DNA of 64,000 nt, taken from the sequence record OR525701.1; one strand, given 5' to 3'. A model generated the notes under the pieces. The model had not been told where the DNA came from, did no database searches, and was given only the letters and a program-made list of their open reading frames with translations. Shown in pieces: positions 8,915 to 18,659 of this stretch (position 1 is its first letter; the number at the start of each line of letters is the position of its first letter). A program made the position numbers and the translations under genes. This DNA comes from Escherichia phage vB-Eco-KMB38.

Positions 8915-8958
8915 TTGATGTGATTACTATAACATAAACTTACTTAGATGTAAATTAT
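8915..8958 (-). promoter_or_regulatory. Early promoter (ATTTAC -35, TGTTATAGT extended -10)
   Basis: Minus-strand sense AATTTACATCTAAGTAAGTTTATGTTATAGTAATCACATCAA. Confidence 0.45.
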
Positions 8959-9108
8959 TTCAACGTCACCTTTAGCGGCTTTATAACCTTCAGCCCAAGA
9001 TACAACAGAGTTTTTATCTGAGGATTCAAATTCAGGCATTGGACTTTCACCGATATTCACACAGTATGTTTCTTCATTTTCATCGAACCAAATAATTAAA
9101 GTAGTCAT
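8945..9108 (-). CDS. Hypothetical small protein (~54 aa, below ORF-track cut-off)
   Basis: MTTLIIWFDENEETYCVNIGESPMPEF... preceded by GAGGAGTAAACAAA RBS and a promoter; coordinates approximate. Confidence 0.35.
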
Positions 9109-9168
9109 TTTGTTTACTCCTCTGTAGTTGATAAGTCTATAGTATCACCATCCTTGGTGCTTGTACAT
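9107..9168 (-). promoter_or_regulatory. Early promoter cassette; 44-bp copy also present at 45181-45224
   Basis: tcattttgtttactcctctgtagttgataagtctatagtatcac repeated near-exactly at 45181. Confidence 0.5.
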
Positions 9169-9176
9169 CGTTATTT

Positions 9177-9482
9177 TTAATTTTTCCAACTTAACAACTT
9201 GTAGTGTCCTTCATTCGTACGAGGTTTATCCCAAGAAATACTAATATATGATTCGCTATCAATAGAAGTCGCCGGGTTTTTCTCTACCGTAAGACCTTCA
9301 CTTTCCAGCCATTCAATAGTATTTGCGCATAAATCAGAAGAACACCTCATCGGGAACCGGCAAGATTTTTCACCTTTAGCTGCAGTGTTATACATCTTTT
9401 CTAGAATACGCTTTTGCACGTTTTTAAAAATAGTTTCAGCAGATTCTTCAGATTTTTTATTCAGTTCAGTATAAAGACTCAT
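9177..9482 (-). CDS. Hypothetical protein (101 aa)
   Basis: ORF with GAGGAAAATG RBS downstream of early promoter. Confidence 0.5.
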   Translation of the reverse strand: MSLYTELNKKSEESAETIFKNVQKRILEKMYNTAAKGEKSCRFPMRCSSDLCANTIEWLESEGLTVEKNPATSIDSESYISISWDKPRTNEGHYKLLSWKN

Positions 9483-9499
9483 AACATTTTCCTCTGCGG

Positions 9500-9540
9500 T
9501 TGATAAGTCTATAGTATCATGTCCTTAGAAGAAGTAAACA
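9500..9540 (-). promoter_or_regulatory. Early promoter (GTTTAC -35, TGATACTAT extended -10)
   Basis: Minus-strand sense GTTTACTTCTTCTAAGGACATGATACTATAGACTTATCAAC. Confidence 0.55.
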
Positions 9541-9570
9541 TCTTTATGAAATATTTTTATGCCCTAGATA

Positions 9571-9599
9571 CCAAAAAGCCCCAACCGTAAGGAAGGGGC
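9571..9599 (-). terminator. Rho-independent terminator (GCCCC...GGGGC hairpin plus U-run on minus strand)
   Basis: gccccaaccgtaaggaaggggc preceded on plus strand by aaaaa; lies just 3' of Ip gene 9606..10070. Confidence 0.55.
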
Positions 9600-9605
9600 A
9601 TTCTA

Positions 9606-10070
9606 TTATTTAATTTGTTTAGCAGACCAGATACGGTCTTTAATAAGTTTTTGGATATCTTCAACATACTCAAGGCTATGAGCGTGAGGATTATCTTTGA
9701 AACTATGTGCTCGTGCCAGTTTCTGGCCTTCTGTTTTGATTACTAAAAGCTCTTTAAGAATTGCTTCATACTTAGAAATAATTCCTTTGGCGATATTTTT
9801 TTCTTGAGCTGTTTTAGGGTCCGCTTTTGGCGCAGGTGCTTTACCTGTAGCTTTCTGGAACAATTCACCTGATGCAGCTAGGCTTTTAAAAACTCGGCTA
9901 ACAGTATTAGCATTAGTAAAACCTTCGGCTTTAAAATCTCTAATAAAACGGAAACGTTCTTCATCGGAGGCGTCTTTGTAAGAATATTTACCTGCTTGAA
10001 TTGCTGCAATCGCAGCGGCTTTTACATCTGAACTAGATTGTTCAGTCAAAAATTCAGCGTATGATTTCAT
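9606..10070 (-). CDS. Internal protein (Ip-type) with capsid-targeting sequence
   Basis: N-terminus MKSYAEFLTE; 154 aa. Confidence 0.55.
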   Translation of the reverse strand: MKSYAEFLTEQSSSDVKAAAIAAIQAGKYSYKDASDEERFRFIRDFKAEGFTNANTVSRVFKSLAASGELFQKATGKAPAPKADPKTAQEKNIAKGIISKYEAILKELLVIKTEGQKLARAHSFKDNPHAHSLEYVEDIQKLIKDRIWSAKQIK

Positions 10071-10113
10071 GTTGCTTTTCCTAAGTTAATTAACTTATCT
10101 ATTTATTATTATA

Positions 10114-10142
10114 CCAAAAAGCCCCAACCTTTCGGAAGGGGC
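10114..10142 (-). terminator. Rho-independent terminator
   Basis: gccccaacctttcggaaggggc with U-run on minus strand; near-copy of hairpin at 9578. Confidence 0.55.
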
Positions 10143-10194
10143 TAAGCCTTGCGGCAACCTTGTCGGGGTTCCACCTGCTAAGGCAAGTGTTTGT

Positions 10195-10286
10195 ACGAAA
10201 CGCCGGGATTCGAACCCGGTTATTAAGTAGTTGACGCTACTCAATATTTTTAAAAGGCCATATCTCGACCATATCCGAACGTTCCG
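10195..10286 (-). ncRNA. tRNA-like structured RNA (canonical T-arm and acceptor pairing, aberrant D/anticodon region)
   Basis: Minus-sense CCGGGTTCGAATCCCGG T-arm; 5' CGGAACG pairs with 3' CGTTTCG; interior does not fold as a standard cloverleaf. Confidence 0.3.
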
Positions 10287-10456
10287 TCAAAAACGCTACT
10301 CGGCTTACGGCAAAGATATTTCCTCGAATCGATAATTCTGTGCGCCGTTTCTGCTGTGAGATAAGGGACTTTAAGATGTCAACTCATGTACGCCTTAAAG
10401 TCGGGTCTTATTCAGGGAACATCAGTCCGACGACTTGCCGGTAGCGACCCGGCTTC

Positions 10457-10801
10457 TTATTTTGGCATATCATCAATTTGCTCTCGACGCCGACGCCATA
10501 GATTAATCGCTTCATTAACACATTCGGCGTTTGGTATATGACGGCAATAATATAATGATTCACGTTTCTGGAACCGATGTTGCAACGGGATTTCGTTTAA
10601 AAGGTCTTTACGGTCAAAGTATTCAAAACTAGTTAACCCAGAACGGTTTTTAATGAACTTCCAATGTCCAAATTCATTTTGAACATAGATGTAATCGGCA
10701 TGCTGATACAGCGAATTAATCAATCGATGAGAAATAACTGTATCATATTCGTTAAAATAAAACGTTAAATCATGAACTACCAGATAAACATTGCCTTTCA
10801 T
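10457..10801 (-). CDS. Hypothetical protein
   Basis: ORF-track start at 10849 would overlap tRNA-Arg; internal Met MKGNVYLVVHDL chosen. Confidence 0.45.
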   Translation of the reverse strand: MKGNVYLVVHDLTFYFNEYDTVISHRLINSLYQHADYIYVQNEFGHWKFIKNRSGLTSFEYFDRKDLLNEIPLQHRFQKRESLYYCRHIPNAECVNEAINLWRRRREQIDDMPK

Positions 10802-10819
10802 ATTTTCCTCACTTAAAGT

Positions 10820-10896
<77 letters not shown>

Positions 10897-10902
10897 AATA
10901 TA

Positions 10903-10976
10903 TGACCCAGACCAGATTCGAACTGGTAACCTTTCCCTTATGAGGGGACTGCTGCTAACCGTTGAGCTACAGGGCC
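10903..10976 (-). tRNA. tRNA with CAU anticodon (Ile2/Met type)
   Basis: Minus sense GGCCCTG...GTCCC-CTCATAA-GGGAA...ACCAG-TTCGAAT-CTGGT-CTGGGTC-A; adjacent to tRNA-Arg as in the T4 Ile-Arg pair. Confidence 0.65.
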
Positions 10977-11038
10977 TAAATAACTTTCTATTATGAAAGG
11001 CACTTTAGAGCACCTTTGGTAATAGATGGTATGAATTA

Positions 11039-11065
11039 ATAATAACACATAATTCTTAAAGCAAA
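11039..11065 (-). promoter_or_regulatory. Candidate MotA-dependent middle promoter upstream of the tRNA genes
   Basis: Minus sense TTTGCTTTA (MotA-box-like) followed 12 nt later by TATTAT. Confidence 0.4.
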
Positions 11066-11571
11066 TCAATCATTTTAACAGTTGGCAAAACGATTTCTTC
11101 TTCAATATAAGCAAATTCAACACATTCAACTACACGCAAGAAATCATAATCATAATATTCAGAAGCATGACCAAGAATACCAACGAGACCTTCTGATACT
11201 AAATATCCATTCTCACGGAACAGGTCGAATACACGCGATTCGTCTTCTTCAGATTTATTACCAAGGTCGACTTCAATATCAAAGACCTTTTTAATGAATT
11301 CTGGATAAAGCTGGTCTGAGAACAGTCCTTCAACCAAGTATTCGTAGATTAAAAGCGAGCAATCACTGAATGGTGTATTACCACAGTAACGTTCAGCTTT
11401 AGTGCTGGAATGACGACTCTTAAATTTCTTCAAAAGATATTTAAACTGTTGGAGCTCATGCTCTTCCACTTCAAACAATGTTTTGGTTTTATAGTTGTCA
11501 CCATCATTTTCATAAGTAGTGACATCAATTACGTAACCCTTAGGAATTGTACTGCCTAAACAAATATTCAT
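11056..11571 (-). CDS. Hypothetical protein (171 aa)
   Basis: ORF; acidic; no recognised family. Confidence 0.5.
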   Translation of the reverse strand: MNICLGSTIPKGYVIDVTTYENDGDNYKTKTLFEVEEHELQQFKYLLKKFKSRHSSTKAERYCGNTPFSDCSLLIYEYLVEGLFSDQLYPEFIKKVFDIEVDLGNKSEEDESRVFDLFRENGYLVSEGLVGILGHASEYYDYDFLRVVECVEFAYIEEEIVLPTVKMIDLL

Positions 11572-11575
11572 TTAC

Positions 11576-11866
11576 TCACCGTACCATATTAATGTAATTA
11601 TATTCAATGCAACGTAATTTCAAAGGATTCTTGAAAATATCATATTCAAGAGGGCCTTTTTCTGTTTCAATAAAGAAATCAAAGTTAACTGTGTTAAATT
11701 TATCATCTTCACAGAGTAATTTAACTTGCGAAGATGAACGGTCGATATAAACCTTTTCAACCTCAAAGTTAGTCAGAATACCATAGTCATTAACTAGTGC
11801 TTTAGCTGCACGTTGATCGCTTTCATATCCATTCTCGACAGATTTTACTTTAGCATAAAGAATCAT
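11576..11866 (-). CDS. Hypothetical protein (96 aa)
   Basis: ORF with start overlapping the upstream stop. Confidence 0.5.
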   Translation of the reverse strand: MILYAKVKSVENGYESDQRAAKALVNDYGILTNFEVEKVYIDRSSSQVKLLCEDDKFNTVNFDFFIETEKGPLEYDIFKNPLKLRCIEYNYINMVR

Positions 11867-12225
11867 GAGTGTTCCACCACTTCAAAGGTATGAGCATCAA
11901 CAATATGATACCAGTCAAAATTTTCTTCTGCGTTTTTATAAATTTCGCGAAGAGCCTCAACAGTTTTTCCTGTAGCAACAAGGTCGTCAATACCGCCAAG
12001 AGGATAACAGTCATATCCAGCAAACAGAAGGAAATTAATAGTTTCTGTAGGTTCTGGATGCAGAACACCGTTATCGTCTACCACTTCAAAGAAAGTGTAA
12101 GAAGGAGTACAAGTTTTAATCCAAGCCCATGCTTGAGCTGCTGAATCAAATGGTCTGCGTATCAAACGACAATCAGGGTCTTTAGAAGGATTTGCTTCAA
12201 AATCTGCATATACATGATATTTCAT
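11863..12225 (-). CDS. Hypothetical protein (120 aa)
   Basis: ORF; tight packing with neighbours. Confidence 0.5.
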   Translation of the reverse strand: MKYHVYADFEANPSKDPDCRLIRRPFDSAAQAWAWIKTCTPSYTFFEVVDDNGVLHPEPTETINFLLFAGYDCYPLGGIDDLVATGKTVEALREIYKNAEENFDWYHIVDAHTFEVVEHS

Positions 12226-12432
12226 TTACTCACCTTTTGCAATTTTATCCATAACAATAGCGATTAAACCGATTAGAAATGCTACTACCAATGAGATAGA
12301 ATTTTCTGTTGTTGTCAGTAGTCCACAAATGAATCCTACAAACATCGAAAAACTAAAGGCCATTGAAGCAATTACTACAGCAACATTACGAATCAGTTCA
12401 GCGCGTTTCATTTTATTTCTCCATTTACTCAT
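12226..12432 (-). CDS. Hypothetical small membrane protein
   Basis: 68 aa with two hydrophobic helices; PeSL promoter upstream. Confidence 0.5.
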   Translation of the reverse strand: MSKWRNKMKRAELIRNVAVVIASMAFSFSMFVGFICGLLTTTENSISLVVAFLIGLIAIVMDKIAKGE

Positions 12433-12438
12433 TTGTTT

Positions 12439-12478
12439 TGATAGGACTACTATAACATAGTCCTATCGTGTTGTAAAC
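12439..12478 (-). promoter_or_regulatory. PeSL-type early promoter cassette
   Basis: gataggactactataacatagtcctatcgtgttgtaaac, third copy of the 4521 element. Confidence 0.6.
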
Positions 12479-12481
12479 TAC

Positions 12482-12769
12482 TTACAGAAGAGTTTTTGCA
12501 ATAATTTTAAGCTGAGCTACAGAAATATGCTTAGCTTTAAACAGTGCAGTCTCTTCAGCCGGAGAGATAACAATAGTAGCGCCATCTTTCTTAGCAGACC
12601 ATCCATCCCCTAAGTAAACAGTACCTTTTACTTCTTCACCATCAACCAGACTAATCATTGGTTTACCCTCACGTCCTTTATTTGTTTTAATAACTTCAGA
12701 AGTAAGGGATGCTTCGGTCAGAGTAGAAACGTTAGCAACAGGTGATATAAATTCTTTATAGGTTTTCAT
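12482..12769 (-). CDS. Internal protein (Ip-type), at the ipI position upstream of 57B
   Basis: N-terminus MKTYKEFIS...TLTE; 95 aa; synteny with T4 ipI. Confidence 0.6.
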   Translation of the reverse strand: MKTYKEFISPVANVSTLTEASLTSEVIKTNKGREGKPMISLVDGEEVKGTVYLGDGWSAKKDGATIVISPAEETALFKAKHISVAQLKIIAKTLL

Positions 12770-12793
12770 TTTATTTCCTTGAGGCTGTTTATT

Positions 12794-12833
12794 TGATAGG
12801 ATGATAGTAACACACCATCATCCTTATGTAAAC
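12794..12833 (-). promoter_or_regulatory. PeSL-type early promoter cassette (variant)
   Basis: Minus-strand sense GTTTACATAAGGATGATGGTGTGTTACTATCATCCTATCAA with GGATGAT/ATCATCC inverted repeat. Confidence 0.55.
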
Positions 12834-12846
12834 TGTTTTGTGAAAA

Positions 12847-13532
<686 letters not shown>

Positions 13533-13536
13533 TTTA

Positions 13537-14271
13537 TTACCTTAAGATTTTTTCAATTTTAGAATAAAGCTCTTCTAAAGAGCCGTCGTTTGTAATAACT
13601 AAGTCGCCTTCTTCAATAGGCAACCCAGCTTCTGTAATATGTTTATCAGTGGATTCCGTACCAGAGCGAACCACATGAATAACTGTAGCACCCATCGCTC
13701 TAGCGGTTTCCATTTCATGGACTTGGCGTGTATCGGTCACAACGTAGTAATCGAAATCACTTCCAATATAATCCATATAGTTTAATGCAAAAAGCTTAAC
13801 CCAATACATACGGTCAAATAAATTAACGACAACATCCGTACCGAGGGCTTGCATAAGACGGCGGATCGACCACGTGTCGTTGATATTATTTATAGCTTCA
13901 CGCAGGGCTTCGTACGGTTTAATATCTAGATATGAGTATCCACCTTCTAGTGATGATAATACGTTAACACCATTAATTGGCAGGTATTGTCGTTGTAAAT
14001 AAATTAGCGTTTCTTCCATTAATTCAATAACATCTAATTTATTGAGATTTAATGGTGTTTCACGGTCGTATCCAATACCTTCAAAGTATTCGTATTTCAA
14101 CTCAGTGAATACATCCGGGTTTTCGACGTGTTTACGCTCCCAAGCTATTGCTAGAGAGTCTTTAATTGGATATGCTAATTGATATTTTATGGATTTAAAG
14201 TTTGAATTGATGTAATCAGCAGTAGTGTCTTTACCACTACGTTTGATGCCGCTTAAAAAGATTAGCTCCAT
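13537..14271 (-). CDS. 1: Deoxynucleoside monophosphate kinase
   Basis: MELIFLSGIKRSGKDTTADY P-loop and overall similarity to T4 gp1. Confidence 0.9.
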   Translation of the reverse strand: MELIFLSGIKRSGKDTTADYINSNFKSIKYQLAYPIKDSLAIAWERKHVENPDVFTELKYEYFEGIGYDRETPLNLNKLDVIELMEETLIYLQRQYLPINGVNVLSSLEGGYSYLDIKPYEALREAINNINDTWSIRRLMQALGTDVVVNLFDRMYWVKLFALNYMDYIGSDFDYYVVTDTRQVHEMETARAMGATVIHVVRSGTESTDKHITEAGLPIEEGDLVITNDGSLEELYSKIEKILR

Positions 14272-14325
14272 AGGTTTTTCCTCATATAATTTATGAACGA
14301 TTATAACATATGGAGCTAGAAGCGA

Positions 14326-14916
14326 TTAGCGCAAGGAAGGATGTCTAGAAATGGATTTAGATTCGGCAGCTTGACGTGGTTGTTGAGATACAATGACTTC
14401 GCCATCCTTTTCTATCGTCATATACGCGTAGTGAATAGTTGCTACGCACGTAACGGCAGGATCAGAGTCTTCAGTGTAACTAAATTCAATTTCGCTCAAA
14501 TCGGAAATCCATGGTTTATAGAAATTTGCCGTCAAAACCACTTCAGTCTTATTGTTGTTTAAAATGTGCAAAGTAACAAACTCAGGACCATCGGAGTGTG
14601 CCGTATTATGGCCGGTTATATAGTTATTAGTGCTGAGCATCCATTTATACATGTTCATCCAGGACGTCATGTCTTCATCAACTATAAATCGTACAATAAA
14701 AGGGTCATATTCAAATGTAGTGCCTGCACGCATTGCACGACCTAGCCCCATTGTGCCAGTCACAGTTTCAACAACAGGAATTCTCACACCTGGCAGTGGA
14801 GCCGTTTGGGCATTGAGCACAAAACCTGAAGTTCGTGTACTATCCGGGATATCCACAACAAAGTTTGTTATATTTGTTTGGTTAAAAATCTGTCTCGCTG
14901 GACGAGTCATAAGCAC
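14326..14916 (-). CDS. 3: gp3 tail completion/sheath stabiliser
   Basis: Synteny between genes 1 and 2; start codon uncertain. Confidence 0.6.
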   Translation of the reverse strand: MLMTRPARQIFNQTNITNFVVDIPDSTRTSGFVLNAQTAPLPGVRIPVVETVTGTMGLGRAMRAGTTFEYDPFIVRFIVDEDMTSWMNMYKWMLSTNNYITGHNTAHSDGPEFVTLHILNNNKTEVVLTANFYKPWISDLSEIEFSYTEDSDPAVTCVATIHYAYMTIEKDGEVIVSQQPRQAAESKSISRHPSLR

Positions 14917-15012
14917 CTCAAAAACGCTTTAATAAAAATGCAGTATAATGGTTTTAGGTCTCTTCCATTAATCCGGTTCAACAGAATATCAGACGAACGG
15001 AAGAGAATAGAA

Positions 15013-15834
15013 TTAAGACTTCCAAACAGTATTCGCAGAGAAACGTTTTCCTTTTGACATAAACTGCTGAGTAGGTAACATGATTATGTTAGCCCAGTCT
15101 TTAGGAGCTATTTCTGTTATTGTTCCTCTAATGTGGCCTGGCAGGTATGCTTTAATCATTTTGTCGGCACCTTGAAATCCTTTCACCTTGCTCCAATCTA
15201 TCTTCAACTTTGTGTTATTAGTAATAGTAGTTGTGCTAGCATATTGCTTCAGCAATTCTTCAAGAAACTGTTGACGTGCTTTAGGTGGGATATAGTGCAA
15301 GTTTAACCCATACATCAAATTATGTTTACCTAATCCTAAATAAATAATCAAAGGATATCTGTCCCAATACGGCAGAGTATCCTTATGTTTAGCATCATAC
15401 ACGTAAGTATAAATTTTGCCTGGCGTAGGCTTGACTACTTTATGACCTTTTACACTTTTCTTAATTGTTTCAACAAACCACTTAGATGATTTGTTGTTTA
15501 CTGCTGCGCCTTCATTTCTAATCTTTTCTCGTATTGAACTGCGAAACGAGTTTATCATCAGAAGTTGACGTTCTTGCTTATTGAGTTTATTTTTAGGTTT
15601 AGATTCAAGCGTTTCAATTTTCTGTGCAGTCTTAATAGATGATGCATATCTAGACATTGCAGATGTAAACGACGAGTATTTTATTCCTTTTGATTCTGCA
15701 AATGCTTTTGCAGTGATTCCTTTCTCTTTAGCTTTCTTGTATTCTAATCCTATCTCAATCCATTTTCTTTCATTTATAGACTGAGCAATCTTAGGGGCTT
15801 GTACGCCTTCAGATATAATTTGGAATATGCTCAT
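15013..15834 (-). CDS. 2: gp2 DNA end-protector protein
   Basis: 273 aa basic protein; synteny and size match T4 gp2. Confidence 0.7.
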   Translation of the reverse strand: MSIFQIISEGVQAPKIAQSINERKWIEIGLEYKKAKEKGITAKAFAESKGIKYSSFTSAMSRYASSIKTAQKIETLESKPKNKLNKQERQLLMINSFRSSIREKIRNEGAAVNNKSSKWFVETIKKSVKGHKVVKPTPGKIYTYVYDAKHKDTLPYWDRYPLIIYLGLGKHNLMYGLNLHYIPPKARQQFLEELLKQYASTTTITNNTKLKIDWSKVKGFQGADKMIKAYLPGHIRGTITEIAPKDWANIIMLPTQQFMSKGKRFSANTVWKS

Positions 15835-15836
15835 AA

Positions 15837-16286
15837 TTACCCCTTGTATCCGAGTTTCCTAAGTCCGTCTTCGGTTAGAACTCGAAATTTTATATTTCTC
15901 TTTTCAGCAACAGCTGAGGCGGCTTTCCATTTGTCACAGTTCACGGACCAGGTATATATTTCGTTCATATAACGTTTCTTTGCGGCGGTCGTAAGATTTA
16001 CAGGCTTAATAGGCGGCTGAGTTTCTTTCTTTGGTTTTATTTCTACAAAGAACTCTTGACCTGATGCATCTTTCATCCATATATCCATAAAGTATCGACG
16101 TTTTTTACCTTCTGCGTTACAGAAATATGGAATTACTGCTGTTTCGCTGCCCCATGCAATAATTTCTGGATTTTTATCTAACCATTCGAAAAAGAATTTT
16201 TCCCAGTTTGAACGATATGTTATTTTGGTATGGTCTCCACGGTATTTTTTTAAATTTTTCGGGACCCATTTACCAGAGTAGGCCAT
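15837..16286 (-). CDS. 4: gp4 head completion protein
   Basis: From internal Met [19 protein letters not shown] matching the T4 gp4 N-terminus; AAGGAGGACAAC RBS; ORF-track start at 16430 is 48 codons upstream. Confidence 0.8.
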   Translation of the reverse strand: MAYSGKWVPKNLKKYRGDHTKITYRSNWEKFFFEWLDKNPEIIAWGSETAVIPYFCNAEGKKRRYFMDIWMKDASGQEFFVEIKPKKETQPPIKPVNLTTAAKKRYMNEIYTWSVNCDKWKAASAVAEKRNIKFRVLTEDGLRKLGYKG

Positions 16287-16347
16287 GTTGTCCTCCTTAT
16301 AAATAGTATTATTATTTATACCAATTTCATATTGGAAGGAGACTATT

Positions 16348-16923
16348 TTGTTATTTACATTCTTCGACCCAATAGGATATAGTGCTAAAACCATTAATAA
16401 GAATGCACCTACTATTCCTATGACAGACATATTTCGTAACTATAAAGAGTACTTTAAGCGTGTTGCTGCCAATTATAGATTACGTTCTTATTATATTAAA
16501 GGTTCTCCGCGTCCTGAAGAACTAGCAAACATAATTTATGGAAACCCTCAATTATACTGGGTCCTTTTGATGTGTAATGATAACTATGATCCGTATTATG
16601 GTTGGATTACATCTCAGGAAGCAGCGTATCAAGCTTCTATTCAGAAATATGCAAATGCCGGCGGAGACCAAATTCTTTATCATATTAACGAAAAACGCGA
16701 GAAATTTTATAACTTAGTTTCGTATCCAGATGAGCCATTAGTATGGTATGATAAAGGCGATAAAGCTCGTAAGTATCCACAATATAAAGGACCTTTAGCT
16801 GCAGTAGATACTTATGAAGCGGCAGTATTAGATAATGAAAAACTTCGTAAAATAAAAATTGTTGCAAAAGAAGATATAAACTCGTTTATCACAGATTTGA
16901 TTCGTGAGATGGAGATTGCATAA
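16348..16923 (+). CDS. 53: gp53 baseplate wedge protein
   Basis: MLFTFFDPIGYSAKTINKNAPTIPMTDIFRNY matches T4 gp53; apparent TTG start after GGAAGGAG RBS. Confidence 0.85.
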   Translation: MLFTFFDPIGYSAKTINKNAPTIPMTDIFRNYKEYFKRVAANYRLRSYYIKGSPRPEELANIIYGNPQLYWVLLMCNDNYDPYYGWITSQEAAYQASIQKYANAGGDQILYHINEKREKFYNLVSYPDEPLVWYDKGDKARKYPQYKGPLAAVDTYEAAVLDNEKLRKIKIVAKEDINSFITDLIREMEIA

Positions 16924-18656
16924 TGGAAATGATTAGCAGTAGCCTTAATTGGTTCGTGGGTGTTGTCGAGGACAGAATGGACCCATTAAAACAAGGGCGA
17001 GTTCGAGTTCGAGTCGTTGGTCTTCATCCGGCACAGAGAGCACAAGGTGACGTACAAGGTATTCCTACAGAAAAACTTCCGTGGATGACTGTTATTCAAC
17101 CTATTACGTCTGCGTCAATGTCAGGTATTGGTGGTTCTGTTACAGGTCCTGTTGAAGGAACTCGAGTATATGGTCATTTCTTAGACAAATGGAAAACAAA
17201 CGGTATTGTACTCGGTACATATGGTGGAATTGTACGCGAAAAGCCTAATAGACTCGAAGGTTTTTCCGACCCTACAGGTCAATATCCACGGCGTTTAGGT
17301 AATGATACGAACGTATTAAACCAAGGTGGCGAAGCTGGTTATTATTCGAACTCTAACGTAATTCAAGATAACAACTTGGATTATGGTATAAACCCAGACG
17401 ATACAGATTTAGCAAATATTCCAGAAGATGATGACCCTAATTTTACAATAACAGAAATGTTACGTCGTGACGAAGGTCTTCGTGATAAAGTGTATTGGGA
17501 CCATCTCGGGTATCCTACAGTAGGTATTGGACACCTTATCGTAATGGAAAAGACCCGAGACATGTCTCGAATTAATAAATTGTTATCCGATCAAGTAGGG
17601 CGTGAAGTAACAGGAAATCCGGGAACTATTACATTAGAAGAAGCAACAGCGTTATTTGAGAAGGACCTTGCTAAGATGCAGAAAGACATTCGTTCTAATT
17701 CTAAAGTAGGTCCTGTTTATGCTAAAATGAACAGATCTCGCCAAATGGCATTAGAAAACATGTGCTTCCAAATGGGCGTTGGTGGTGTAGCAAAATTCAA
17801 TACTATGCTTAAAGCAATGGCCGAAGGTGATTGGAAAACTGCATACAAATCTGGGCGCGATTCATTATGGTTCCAACAGACTAAAGGACGCGCTTCACGT
17901 GTAACAACAATTATTTTAACCGGTAACATGGAATCATATGGTGTTCCTGTTAAAACACCGCCTTCACCAGGAGTTGGTGCTGATTTAGTTACTAGAAATA
18001 CCGATCCAGACGACCCGGCAGGTCCTCCTGTTCCATTAGATTCACGCATCCTTTTTAAAGAACCAGAATCAAGTTATCGCGGTGAATACCCGTATGTTCA
18101 TGCTATGGAAACAGAAAGTGGTCATATCCAAGAATTTGACGATACTCCAGGTAATGAACGTTATCGCTTAGTTCATCCAACAGGGTCATATGAGGAAGTT
18201 TCTCCGTCTGGTCGTCGCACTCGTAAAACTGTAGAAGACCTTTTTGACATCACTAATGGTGATGGGAATTTCCTGGTTTCTGGTGATAAACTTGTTAACG
18301 TTGGTGCTAACGAAATATATTATAACATGGCGGACCGCCTCCATCAAATAGACGGCAATGACACAATCTTTATTCGTGGCAACCAAGTTAAAACTGTTGA
18401 AGGTGATGGAACTCTTTACGTTAAGGGCAATATCAAAATAGTCGTTGACGGGAATGCAGATATTCTTGTTAAAGGTGATGCTAAGACTCAAGTTGAAGGG
18501 AATCATGACTATACTGTCAATGGTAATGTTAAATGGACTGTCAATGGTAATGTTGATATGACTGTTGCTGGCAATTGGTCGGAGACAATGACTACAATGA
18601 GCTCAATAGCTTCAGGACAATATACTGTTGACGGATCTCGTATTGATATTGGGTAA
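16923..18656 (+). CDS. 5: gp5 baseplate hub/tail lysozyme with C-terminal beta-helix spike
   Basis: N-terminal OB domain, central lysozyme domain (TITEMLRRDEGLRDKVYWD), C-terminal VxGxxxx repeats. Confidence 0.95.
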   Translation: MEMISSSLNWFVGVVEDRMDPLKQGRVRVRVVGLHPAQRAQGDVQGIPTEKLPWMTVIQPITSASMSGIGGSVTGPVEGTRVYGHFLDKWKTNGIVLGTYGGIVREKPNRLEGFSDPTGQYPRRLGNDTNVLNQGGEAGYYSNSNVIQDNNLDYGINPDDTDLANIPEDDDPNFTITEMLRRDEGLRDKVYWDHLGYPTVGIGHLIVMEKTRDMSRINKLLSDQVGREVTGNPGTITLEEATALFEKDLAKMQKDIRSNSKVGPVYAKMNRSRQMALENMCFQMGVGGVAKFNTMLKAMAEGDWKTAYKSGRDSLWFQQTKGRASRVTTIILTGNMESYGVPVKTPPSPGVGADLVTRNTDPDDPAGPPVPLDSRILFKEPESSYRGEYPYVHAMETESGHIQEFDDTPGNERYRLVHPTGSYEEVSPSGRRTRKTVEDLFDITNGDGNFLVSGDKLVNVGANEIYYNMADRLHQIDGNDTIFIRGNQVKTVEGDGTLYVKGNIKIVVDGNADILVKGDAKTQVEGNHDYTVNGNVKWTVNGNVDMTVAGNWSETMTTMSSIASGQYTVDGSRIDIG

Positions 18657-18659
18657 TAT

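Noticed and set aside
10195-10286. Confident call of a third, long-variable-arm tRNA
   Set aside because: T-arm and acceptor pairing are good, but no convincing D-arm or 7-nt anticodon loop could be folded by eye; kept only as a low-confidence tRNA-like ncRNA
14341-14932. Plus-strand ORFs (14341..14562, 14630..14932) inside gene 3
   Set aside because: Antisense to a syntenic structural gene; no RBS and no support from gene order
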